A DNA stretch of 63,025 nucleotides, the filler included, from Rhabdomonas costata (lineage: Eukaryota): assembly GCA_019059605.1 (NCBI GenBank). It is 44 parts of 44 records of this genome, joined end to end, with 100 filler letters (N's around TTAATTAATTAA, not from the genome) between each part and the next. Parts side by side here need not be neighbours in the genome. Positions count along the whole stretch, not along the records: positions 12,915 to 14,249 come from JAHMHO010019029.1; positions 14,350 to 15,684 come from JAHMHO010019030.1; positions 15,785 to 17,119 come from JAHMHO010019031.1; positions 17,220 to 18,548 come from JAHMHO010019032.1; positions 18,649 to 19,983 come from JAHMHO010019033.1; positions 20,084 to 21,418 come from JAHMHO010019034.1; positions 21,519 to 22,853 come from JAHMHO010019035.1; positions 22,954 to 24,288 come from JAHMHO010019036.1; 36 more parts are not named here. The stretch is one strand, 5' to 3'. The first letter of the stretch is position 1. Each line of letters opens with the position of its first letter. This document shows positions 13,355 to 24,536 of the stretch, piece by piece. Both the position numbers and the translations under genes were made by a program. The notes under the pieces are model-generated. The model saw only the letters and a program-made list of their open reading frames with translations, was not told the origin of the DNA and made no database searches.

Positions 13355-13606
13355 GCCATGGAGCACGTGTTTCAGCGGGCGCAGACCCACCACCAGCAGA
13401 TGCAAAGCAGGCAGCAGGAGAAGCAGACCCTCTACAATGCCGCCGTGCAGAAGCACGAGGCCGCAGACAAGACCCTCGTCACCGCTACCGAGGCGGAGGC
13501 CTCGGCCCAGCAGGCCCACTCCGCCGCCCAGGCCACTACTGCCACCGCGAAGTCCAGTGCGGAGGCTGCGGCGCAGGCGAAGGAGGCCTCCGCGTCCGCC
13601 CTTAAG
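13355..13606 (+). CDS. Exon of an Ala/Gln-rich coiled-coil protein
   Basis: ttctag| acceptor, 252-nt GC3-rich frame, AAG|gtccat donor. Confidence 0.6.
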
Positions 13607-15039
13607 GTCCATTTCATCGGCACTGCGTCGGTTTTGCCCACTTTGCTTCTCGCTGTGATCAGCACTCCCCATGCTTTTTGGTTTTCTCTCTCCTTCACCG
13701 AATTCGGCAGAAAGCCAGCCAGGGAACAATCCGGAATAAGACGCGGCCTGTTGGTCACAGCCCTTTCCATTTTTTATTCTCGTCCGCAGCGGGTGGCATC
13801 GCCGCTTTGGGTCCCTATCATTATTTGTATCCTTCATCCCCACTATCGATCCACGTGATCGCGGCATTTCAGAAATAACCGGTGATCGATGCAATCATTG
13901 CCCGACCCAATCCAAACCAATCGTTCCGTCGGGTGATGATTTGAGCAAGACTTGTACCCGCTGTGGCAAAGTTCCGTCGGCACTCTCATGTGGGTACGTC
14001 TCCCAACCACGCTCCTGCCTTCACTGCCGCTGTTTGCTGGGGGTAATTCAAGCGATGGCTGTGGTTGCTGGCTGTTCAGTGGACTTGGCTGCCAGCTGCC
14101 GGCCCCCTGCGTTTGAGGGCAAACTGGACTTGATCGTCTATTTCTCATTCCTATTTTTGACCCTAAGCCATATCCCTCCCCCTGAAATTCTTTCATGCAC
14201 CATGACCTTCCCTTGCTCGATGGTGAAGTCCCAGGAGGCCCCACAAAACNNNNNNNNNNNNNNNNNNNNNNNNNNNNNNNNNNNNNNNNNNNNTTAATTA
14301 ATTAANNNNNNNNNNNNNNNNNNNNNNNNNNNNNNNNNNNNNNNNNNNNTTGTTTGTGGCATTCTTATCTTAGCTACTACGTCCATTTGGTTGTTGTAGA
14401 TGTAACTGGTGGGGAAAGCCGTCGAGGTATGTGCTTGGCGTCTTTGATTCTTGGGTGTGCGCCTGGGTTGAAATGGGCAACGTTTATTGGGTGTCTCAAT
14501 CTTTGCCATTGGGCCAAGTCAACATAACGGTTGAATGTATAGGAGCCGAAGTGCTATTCACACCGTTCGGGAGCTTAAGTGGACGGGAAATGGGCCTGGC
14601 CGAGGTGGCCAGCACACACCTCAAGACCTGATGGCGACTTGATATAACAGGCGCAGCGGGGGAGGGGCACTACGACGGAAAGACGGAGCGAAAGAAAAGA
14701 GGTCTCGAAAAAGACCTGTGCTGCTGTTGTTTTCTCCGCCCGGGCTTTGGTGGCGACTCGTATCTTGCGCTGGTGTGGACGTCCGGCGGAAAAGGCATGT
14801 GCGCCGCAGGATTGCCAACAGCAGGGTTGGAAATTTTGGTCCGGAAGCAATGACATGAATGCTGCGTCCGCGTTCTTCTGGTTTCGGTTTTTTGTGCGAT
14901 GATTGCGGCTGAAGGATGACGTCAATGAATGTTGTTATTTGGAGAAATTTAGCTTGCAAACGACAGGTGAAACTGAGGGCAGCAGTCATTGTAAGTACGA
15001 TTGATGGGCAAAAAGCGCAGAAACAGGAAACCAAATTCA

Positions 15040-15400
15040 AACCCAAGAACCCCACAAACCCCATACTTTCAGTGGTAACGTGAGCATTCCATTCCTGTAA
15101 TTCTCGAGTAAAGCTGAGGATTTGGTAGGATAACTTCCGGCGACATGAATTCTCGGATGTCTAAAATACAGCGTTTGGAAACACGTGCAACCATTTTTAC
15201 AGATGTGCGAAGCACTACAAATGCAATGTTTTGAAGGCCACGTCCAGAGCAAAATATAGAGTTAAGCTTTCCATAATGTGTTGCAACAAGAAGATATTCA
15301 TGACGGCATTACAATAGTTGTCAGTGACTTTTGCCAAAATGTGCCCATGTAAGGCTTTAACGGCGTCGGGTTTGCGAAGGCATTCACCGTTAACAGGTGT
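15040..15400 (-). pseudogene. Probable decayed hAT transposase fragment
   Basis: VTDN followed by H.*CFAHL, resembling the hAT second catalytic Asp and CxxH motifs, interrupted by stops. Confidence 0.45.
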
Positions 15401-16422
15401 GGGACAGAGCGTCAAGAAGCCGTCCTTTTGCATCTGAACAATTCAATGGGCAAAGGTCACATCGGCACAAGCCCTGTCCCACCCAAAAGGTGACCACAGA
15501 GAGAAGGCCGGCGCACGCTGGGGTGCCTGGAAACCAGTTCCAGGCACCTGGCATGGAAAACGAGAGAACGAAGGCAGCGGAGAGAATGCACGGAGGAATG
15601 GACCCAGTGGCAGACATCAGACGGCCTGCCGGGAAACGAACCCTCCCACAAAAGCGGCGGGGCGCGTTCTCACCCACCCCACCANNNNNNNNNNNNNNNN
15701 NNNNNNNNNNNNNNNNNNNNNNNNNNNNTTAATTAATTAANNNNNNNNNNNNNNNNNNNNNNNNNNNNNNNNNNNNNNNNNNNNGGGTGTTGTGTGTCTG
15801 TAATCTGTAATTGCCCGCATTCCTGGCTGCCTAAACGCAGGCTGTAGTGGTGGAGACCTGTTCTGTGACTGGTGGCATGTGCTGCTGTCCAACCATGCAT
15901 TCTGTATGGCACCAGAAGGAGGTTTTACTGGCAATCTCTCCATTCTCGAGCATTAGATGTGTGTCACCAATCCGAACGTTTAGTTGCACCTTGCGCTTAA
16001 CCCTTGCTTCCAATGAAAGGGAGAGTCGGCGGTGGTTAACTGCGGCTCCCCTTCTTGCACGTTCAGACAGGGTTACAACGCCATGGGGCTGCCAGCTGCT
16101 CCTTTGTGCCAAAAAGTTGCGATCCATGGTGAGGTTTTGTGATTTCAGTGACAGGGTGAACATATTACCCCGCCCGGCAGCCTCCTTTTCCCCGCTTACT
16201 CAGCCCAGTTTTGCGCCCGTGCGTTGTTTTTCTTCGCTCGGTTTTGCTTGTGATTGTTTTTACCTCCCACTTCTGCCCGAAGCCTTCCCCCCCCCCCTGC
16301 GTTACCCTCCCGTCCATCTCCGGGGGCACACAGGTGGTGGGCCATTGCGGCTTTTTTTGTGTGGTATAAAGCTTTGGTGTCTTGAACCAAAAGCAACCTC
16401 GCTACGGTAGCTGGAGGGGAAA

Positions 16423-16950
16423 ATGTACGGAAGTTTGAATGACTCCTCCACAGCCCAACGGGACCCTGACAGCCCCCCAGGCTCGCCATTTCCCCCGGTG
16501 GCCAACCACTACGTGGGCTTCGCTGTTTTGGCCGCCTTGCTGCTAATCGGGGGGCTGTGCCTGCCCTACCTGTACCAGTACTACCAGTCCGAGCTACTGC
16601 TTCTCTCCGAGGGGCACCACGCCCCACCCTCCGCGGCTGGGGGGGCCTCGCGGCGGTTCATTGTGGCGCTGAGGCACGGGGAAAAGCCCGTGGACAACAC
16701 CACCAACAGCCTCAGCCCGCTGGGGCTGGCGCGCAGCGAGTGGATGGTGCGATGGGCCGACACAGAGCTGCCGGAGTGGGTCGACGGGGTGAGAGTCACT
16801 GCGGTGGTCACCGCCCTGCCGTGGCTCACCGGGGAGCACGTGCGGCCCTTGCAGACGGTGACCCCGCTGTCGGTCGCGCTGGGGCTGCCGATCCTCCTGG
16901 CGGATAACCCGGGGATGGCAGCCAGCATCGCGCTGAGCACCACGGCTAAG
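16423..16950 (+). CDS. Membrane-anchored histidine phosphatase (phosphoglycerate mutase-like), first exon
   Basis: N-terminal TM segment, RHGEKP catalytic motif, LSPLG..R and RPLQTVTPL; AAG|gttggc donor. Confidence 0.85.
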
Positions 16951-18086
16951 GTTGGCTTTCTTCAAATGGTAGAATAGCCAAAATTGAGGCCGAGACCGAC
17001 CCAGCCAAGAAAAGGAAGACGTCTGATGTCTCAATGACGGCGATTTCGAGGAGTTCCCAACTTTGTGGGTACGTACATCTGGCATAACTTTGGTATTGGA
17101 CCCACCTGGAAAAACCACCNNNNNNNNNNNNNNNNNNNNNNNNNNNNNNNNNNNNNNNNNNNNTTAATTAATTAANNNNNNNNNNNNNNNNNNNNNNNNN
17201 NNNNNNNNNNNNNNNNNNNTTTTGGGGGTTACAGTGATATGTGCGCTCCCTGCTATGCCTTTTCTGCTGGTTGTGTTCTTCTGGGTAATGCAGAATTAAG
17301 TCCTGCAAATTCCTGGCGTTCGTCATCCGCAGGCCCGCACGAAGGCTGGTACTGTGGTTTTTCAGGCGTGAGCTGAATGCGGGCCGATCACAGTTCACGT
17401 TCAGCCCAAGGTTTTTCTTACATTTGGGTCAGCAACTTGTCTGGTGGAATGAAGATGAGTGATTTTGCATACACTGTTTCCAACAGGTTTTCCAGGCAGG
17501 AGGGGACGAGCCATTGCCACCAAGTTCAACGAATTCGATGATAACCAAAGCCTGAAGCGAGCATAGGGTGTGGCAAGTGCACCTCCCGGAAAGGGCTCAA
17601 GAACTGAGTCCGGCCGTACCGGAGCAGGGCGTTGAGCAGCAGAACCTAAAACAGCGTACACAGCCCTTTCCCCTCTCGTGTAGACAGACGACCACTAGCG
17701 AGAATGAAAAAATGATAGACGTAACTGGCCTACTTTTCGCGACGCCGCAATGGCGAGCAAACCGGAAGATTCAAAAAATTCATAACTCGAAAGGTTGTGA
17801 AGCAAAGTTAGCATTGGACGGCCATCGCTGAGTCTCGAATGGCATCCCATGAGCCCAACAGGTACAACGACACAATGCAAACGGAAGCCCTTGCGCATGG
17901 CGCGAGCAAGTAGTCATTACTGATTCTGCATCCGCGAACCTAGAAGGGAGTCCCGTGAGGAGTGGTGTGACTAGCAGACCATAGTTGCGGATCCACCGCT
18001 TCTGATAATGCCCTGGGCCTGCATCAGCTTAAGTGTGATAAAGCTCACGCCTCGACCAGGAGAGCAGGGAGAAGGGCCCCATTGAC

Positions 18087-18273
18087 CTGGCCCCACTCGT
18101 CGCATTCCGGCATCAGCCTGCAGAGCTTCCGGAAGTGCTTGTGCAGCAGCTCGCCCCGCTCCGGGCAGACCTCCGTGAAGGCGAACGCCGCGGCCCCCAG
18201 CACGGTGGTGTTGTTGTCGCCCAGGAGGGGCTCCACCACCCCAATCAGCTGGTCCTTTTCATCCTCATTCATG
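18087..18273 (-). CDS. AP3B: AP-3 complex subunit beta, internal exon
   Basis: LLGDNNTTVLGAAAFAFTEVCPERGELLHKHFRKLCRLMPECDEWGQ matches the beta-3 adaptin trunk; AG/GT bounded. Confidence 0.9.
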
Positions 18274-19407
18274 CTGCGATTGCAAAGTAAACAACCTCGT
18301 GCATCAAAACACAGGGCAAACATTAAAAGTACCATGCCATCATCCAAGCTCCGAGATGCTTTCGAATCCAGATTAGAATCCGCGGTGCGCGAAGCGCCCG
18401 GAGCCGACAGAGGCGAGAACATTGCCTGGAGGGCTTTAGCTTTGGTTGTTTCTTATGGCGATGCACGCTCATCACATCGAAGATCCCAGTTTCACGCTTC
18501 AGCGTAAAATTATCGGCACTATTCCGTTTGAGCGCACCCCCCCCAACCNNNNNNNNNNNNNNNNNNNNNNNNNNNNNNNNNNNNNNNNNNNNTTAATTAA
18601 TTAANNNNNNNNNNNNNNNNNNNNNNNNNNNNNNNNNNNNNNNNNNNNGGGTTTGGGGTTGCTCGTCCCGCATTTCGTGAGTTTTATCTTCCTCCTACGC
18701 TGAATGAGCTTGCGTTTCGGCTTTTTTTCTCTGCGGCTCTCATTGAGGGCATCTGTTTTTGGGGAACAGAGACAGATTCTTTATGGAATTACAATCATAG
18801 CTTGTGGTTCAGTAGGGACCGTAAAGGTTTCCTGGATAAGAAGAAGGGTGTCCCTTGGTTGGTCTTCCAATCTATAAAGTCCCAGCCATCTGACCATTGT
18901 TCACCTGTCAGTCTCCGGAGAACATTGTTCCCTTCCTAGAAAGCTTCCCAATGGAACCCTTCCTTCATCATATTTGTTCAATGCGGGATTCTACAAATGG
19001 ATCTGACGCGACGCGGTTCTTCGTGTTCTCTAGGGAGGGGGGTGCACGAGTCTCAAAGGTTCAACCTTGGAATGCTCATGTGATGAAACTCTTGTTCCTA
19101 CCCCCGCACCCATTTTGTTTTGGACACGAAGAAAGCCCACACACCACCACTGGGATGAGATGCGCTCCCTTCTTTTGGCATTTCGGGAGAGGCTTGGGGG
19201 ATGCCTTAGGATAAAGCATGGTGCTCACAATGCTTTCGAGGGCCCCGTTCCGGATTTTGGAGCAGCACAAAAAGGCTCCATTGCACACGTATACCCGCAT
19301 CCACGATTCAACTGCTTGTGTTGGCTTTTGCAAAGTGCTGTTTGTTTCCGTTCTGTGCGTTTCCCTTCCCTTTCCCTTCCCTTTTCTTTGGCACCCCTTT
19401 CTGCAAA

Positions 19408-19768
19408 ATGCCCGTGAGAGAGGGGACCCTGAAGATCTACGACCTGGCTGTGCGGGACAGCCTGAAGCTGCAGCACACGGAGCACCATGAGGTCCACATC
19501 GAATCGGTGGCCTTCGCGAATGGGGGTTGCCGCGAGGCCTTCGTGGCGCACTTTAAGCAGGAGGATGGCTCGTGGGGGCCCAAGATGGTGGCCAAGCGGT
19601 ACCTCCGCTCCGAGGCCTTCCTGGACGACTACGTCTGCGCCCACATGGCCATGGAGTGCGCCCGGGCCTTCAACGCACTGAAGCCGTACAAGCCCGTGGA
19701 CTACCTCGTGCCCAACCAGATCCTGTCCTCGGGCGGGCACAATTACAGCATGGAGAAGTTCCTGCAAG
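19408..19768 (+). CDS. Alpha-kinase (eEF2K/MHCK family), N-lobe exon
   Basis: FANGGCREAF, MVAKRY, AMECARAFN, VDYL and YSMEKFLQG motifs; G|gtgcct donor. Confidence 0.88.
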
Positions 19769-20434
19769 GTGCCTGTTCCTTTTTGTTGGTCTTCTTGGTC
19801 ATCCCATTAAGTGAGTGGGTTTGCGGGGAAAGGGGTCAGCCGCAGTGTACGTGACGGGTGAGCGGCCGCTGTCACCTGAGATGAGTCTTTCCCCTCGCTT
19901 CGATACGATACCGTTAGGATGCTGGGGCTGCAGGGGGGAGGGGAAAGACTCATCTCAGGTGACAGCGGCCGCTCACCCCCCACNNNNNNNNNNNNNNNNN
20001 NNNNNNNNNNNNNNNNNNNNNNNNNNNTTAATTAATTAANNNNNNNNNNNNNNNNNNNNNNNNNNNNNNNNNNNNNNNNNNNNGGGGGGTGGAGAAGAGG
20101 GGCCCACAGGTCCACAATGGGGCACTGCACATTTTGCCTTGTTCACAACGGAAATATAGGGGGATGGGATGGTAGAGATCACCAGCTATTAGGTTTCGGG
20201 TAAAAGACGTCGCGCACCGGAGATTCCTGCACTTCTCACATTCAGCAGAGTGCGAAGGTGATCTCAATGAGGGTGATTGCTTCAAGGGACCAGCTGCTGG
20301 GTAGCCATGAGGATGTACGCCTAGGGAAGTGAGCCCGGGAGGAGTGGAGGGGTGCCCCCACCTTCACAGGTTCCACGGAGCATCACTGCATCATGGTACT
20401 ATTGCATTCAGGGCGAGCAGGGGGGACCCCAGAC

Positions 20435-21159
20435 CTCGGTGATTCCCAGCTTGGTGCCCTCGAAGATCTTCATCACAGGGCCCACCAGGCGCTTCAGCTC
20501 GGGATCCAGCTGCTGCAGCACGATCCCGGCAAAGCGCTGGCGAACATCCGCGGGACGGTAGTCCCACTGCACCTGGGCGACATACTTGCGCCCATCCGGG
20601 GCGTGCACCTGGAAGAAGGAAGAGAGCAGGAGTCTCCATCTCGTCTCCCCCATGCACAAAAAAGGGACCTCAAACCGCGAAGGAAGCATTGAATGTGTCA
20701 CTTCGTCCCTGATGTCCCGCCTTCATAGGCACAAGGTCAGTTCGTGTCCCGGATCCCAGCTCACGGTGGGGGAGGGGATGGCCGGGACCAAAGGGGTTGG
20801 TGTTTTTTTTTTTGGCACTTCAACATGTTGTGATCGGCTCGTGCCACCAACCAGGAAGGAACATCGAACAGCCATCCCACCCAAGTCGCCGTTCACAACG
20901 GGTGGAATGTTCTCTCCGTCGTGACCTGCATCACAAGGATGCCCTGAAGCCACCTTGGCAACAAAGAAGGGGAGTTCACAGATGCGCAGTTCATAAAAGA
21001 GGAGGGGCGAACCAGCGAGGGATCGAAGCCCGTCTTGTTGAGCATCACTGGATCAGACCATGGACCCATGATGTCTGACGCGGTGGTTAGAAAGTGGTAG
21101 GCATCCTGGAAGGCGAAGCTGTCGTGGTAGGACTTGTCATTGCTAAAAGTCCCCACATC
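20435..21159 (-). CDS. GH43 beta-xylosidase (XynB-like); exons ~21159/21142-21013 and 20608-20435
   Basis: FLTTASDIMGPWSDPVMLNKTGFDPSL|VHAPDGRKY...WDYR...RFAGIVLQQLD...LVGPVMKIFEGTKLGITE; phase-0 GT-AG intron 21012-20609; upstream exon start uncertain. Confidence 0.88.
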
Positions 21160-21675
21160 CCAGCGAGATGGCACATGATCTGTTTGGGGTTTTCCCAGGG
21201 TGGACTTCCCCTTCTCTTTCCTTCAAGTATCTATGCAAACTCAGACGGGTGCTTCCAGTGGGGTTGGCGCATTTTTCTTTGCCAAACGGGCAAAGAAAAA
21301 TGAAAGATAAAATGAAAGACAGCATTCACAAGAGCCCACGGAACCCAACATCGCATCCCCCAGGTGGGAAGAAAATCATCATGAGAAAAACATCACCAAC
21401 CCCACCCAAACCAAACACNNNNNNNNNNNNNNNNNNNNNNNNNNNNNNNNNNNNNNNNNNNNTTAATTAATTAANNNNNNNNNNNNNNNNNNNNNNNNNN
21501 NNNNNNNNNNNNNNNNNNGGGGGGTTGGCTTGGCTCGAGAAACTTTTTCTTTGGTGTTTTATGGTGTTACATGCGTTCTGTGTTCGCCTCTCTCTCTCTT
21601 TTATTCAAGTTGGGACCTTCTTACCAACTCAGTTAAGCTCTCTATCAATCCCTTCGCCACTGTTTGTGTGTGCAG

Positions 21676-21874
21676 CGATGGGGTGGTGCATTTCCGAGAT
21701 CTTCGGATGGTGCTGCCCGGCCAGGGCTACGTCCTGTGCGCTGCGGTTGCTGGTGTGCACCACGGTGTGTACAGCCCAGCCGTAGCGGTGCTGCATGCCA
21801 CGGCGCAGCTCTGCTTCCTGCAGGAGCCCGCACAGGGCGGAGGAACCTCCGCGTTTGCGATGTTTGACGTCAAG
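21676..21874 (+). CDS. Exon of a protein with an Ig-like beta-sandwich repeat
   Basis: DGVVHFRDLRMVLPGQGYVL resembles GVAxFxxLxIxxxGxGYxL repeats of large surface proteins; AG acceptor and putative GC donor. Confidence 0.5.
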
Positions 21875-23014
21875 GCATGCGCGTGCGGGTGGCCTTCGTG
21901 ACAGTGGCATCACGGCATCGGCACTACAGACGGCTCCACAGCACTCCCAACCTGCTGAGTGGAAATGGGCTGCTGCCGGCAATGGGGTTAACAAACGCGT
22001 GCGCGTGCAAGCATGACAAATTAATCCACGCAGAGTGTGCCCACTTTTCTTTTACATATTCTCATGGAAAGGAGGAGGCTTGTAGACAGGCTGTCTCATT
22101 GAGCCATGGGTATTAAGAAATTTCGTGATTGAGATGAGGTGTTTCCCGATTGTTGTGTCTGTGGTTCGGGAGGGGAGAACAATTCGAAGGAACGTGAGTC
22201 CACTTCTCGACTTCTGAAACAAGTTGAATCAATCCAGAAGTGCCTCCCTACGACGCTGAAGATACACCGAGGGCGGCGCTTCCCAGCTTTCAGTCATGTG
22301 CAGCACGTGAGCAACCGGTAACCACCGTCACTAAAAATTCTCCTTTTTTTTTCGCGGCTGAGAAAACTGCGCGATGCTGAGAGCCAATCGCACTGTCGGA
22401 ACGTGGCGGATTAGGGTTGGCCAGTTCTGATGGGCGTCATGCCTCTTGCTTTCTTAGATGTGATTTATCCACATGTTGTGGCTCCAAAGCAGCCACACAG
22501 CCTCTAGCGACGGCATCCAGGCAACGCATTGTTTGGTGCTGGGCTTCCTGGCACGGAAATATCTTATCGCCATTTCTTCTCTAATCCAGTCAGCCTCACA
22601 AAGGATAACCAGAAGGCAGGCACACACGCGCACACGCAGCTGCTGAAAAAAGATAGTTGCGTGTCAAAGGCCCGGGACCCGTGGGGTAGAAGGTCACCGC
22701 ATATGGAACGCACGGCCTTGAGCAGGACCCACAGAATCGTGTGCGCGTAAAGAACCTCCCGCAGGCACCCGTGGTTACCTGCGGGTGCGCCCGTCAGTCT
22801 ATATTGTGGTCACCCAACCAAAACGTGCCCAACACACACTCTCTCTCAGGTGCNNNNNNNNNNNNNNNNNNNNNNNNNNNNNNNNNNNNNNNNNNNNTTA
22901 ATTAATTAANNNNNNNNNNNNNNNNNNNNNNNNNNNNNNNNNNNNNNNNNNNNGTGTGTGCATCCTTGAAAGTCCGGACTCTCAGGGAGGGAGGGAGGGG
23001 CGGAAAGAGCCTAA

Positions 23015-23132
23015 ATGGGCAAACTCCGGACTTTCAAGGATGCACACACGCACTGGGACCAACCCACCAAGATGCCCTATACGCCTCATACACGTATTGG
23101 GACACACATACGGAGGCAATGCCCACATGCAC
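23015..23132 (+). repeat. Dispersed ~110-bp repeat, copy 1 (intronic)
   Basis: Shares cacgcactgggac, ccaccaaga, catacacgt and tgggacacacatacggaggcaatgc blocks with the reverse complement of 39278-39385. Confidence 0.85.
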
Positions 23133-23275
23133 TGGGACACTGCCCGATTTTATGTGCTGCTCTTCCAGGGCACTGCAACGGTCGTACAACATTTGTATCG
23201 TATCGCTGGCTTTCAAGCAGAGTGGTCTGCCTGCTCTCTCTCCTGCACTCATTCCTGCGTCTTTGCCCGCATTAG

Positions 23276-23490
23276 GGCTAGCCGTTGTGGGCGGGCAGTT
23301 CCTGTCGCGCCGGGTCAGCCCCAAGACGATCAGCTACTTTGGAGGGGTGCTCTTCCTGGTCTTCGCGTTGTTCACGCTGCTGCACCAGGAGATGCCGGAC
23401 AGCGCCTCCGAGCAGATCTCCAAGCTGATGGTTGCCACAAAGGCCGCTGCCCCCTCCTCCCCCGCTGCCGTGGCGGATCCTGCGAACTGA
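23276..23490 (+). CDS. GDT1: GDT1/TMEM165 (UPF0016) Ca2+/Mn2+ transporter, last exon
   Basis: GLAVVGGQFLSRRVSPKTISYFGGVLFLVFA matches the family C-terminal TM pair; ends in TGA. Confidence 0.85.
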
Positions 23491-24396
23491 GAAGAGCAAA
23501 AAGCCGGACTCTGAACGATTGTGGGGGTTTGGGTGCGGTGTGTGGGTGTGTGCGTTGGCGAACAACTGGCGGAGCTTTTGGGTTCCCTCTTCACTGCGGG
23601 TTCCTTCAATCCACCCGGGAATCTGGCCTCAAGCTGTTGATGCATGGACGTGTGAGTGTGTGTGTATTCTGCCCGCGATTGTTGAGCGTGCACCCTCTTC
23701 GGCGATGGTGACAGCGATACGGTTGTCCGTGTTTGTTGGCTCCCACGTGGACGTGCGGAGGCGAGATTGGTCCGGGTTCCGAAACCTGGGGACCTCATTG
23801 TCACTTCAGCTGGTTCTGGTGTGTTTGCGCTTGTCTTTCCCTGGTTAAGACATAATGCAGTACTGACCACGTCATCCAAATGCTTCCCACCTTGAACATC
23901 ACCTAGACAATTCCGATTCGCACCGGTTTTCTCTGTGGTGGTGTCCCGTGCTTCCCGCTCTCACGGGCATGTTTGATGTTTCGATTTTGAAACAGGGTTT
24001 AGAGCTGCCCGAGGGAGCCATTGATGACGTACTGTGAGAGCGGAAATGTGGAGCTAGTGGTCAGGAGGTCAATAAGAAAGGGGTGGCACGCTGTAGACTA
24101 AGGAAGGGTGCATCTCCATTACTGGTTTATCACAAAGTATATCAACCATCTACTTCCTGTGGCAGGTTCCAATGGTGGTGATGTGGGACTGAGCACTGAG
24201 GTCGAGCTGGAGAGGCTGCAATTTCAACGCAATGCATTTTATTCACATTCGTAACTTTGTGTGCTAGGTGCCCTTGTCAAAACCCACCNNNNNNNNNNNN
24301 NNNNNNNNNNNNNNNNNNNNNNNNNNNNNNNNTTAATTAATTAANNNNNNNNNNNNNNNNNNNNNNNNNNNNNNNNNNNNNNNNNNNNGTGTTTGT

Positions 24397-24536
24397 GGGA
24401 CGAAGTTCGCTGGGATCAGTCCTCGCTCCTCTGTCCGATTCCACAGGAGCAGCATCTGATAGTCGAACCATTCTCAGATGCTGCTCCTGTGGAATCGGAC
24501 AGAGGAGCGAGGACTGATCCCAGCAAACTTCGTCCC
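24397..24536. repeat. Inverted repeat (63-bp arms, 14-nt loop) at contig start
   Basis: 24397-24459 is the reverse complement of 24474-24536 with one mismatch. Confidence 0.95.
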
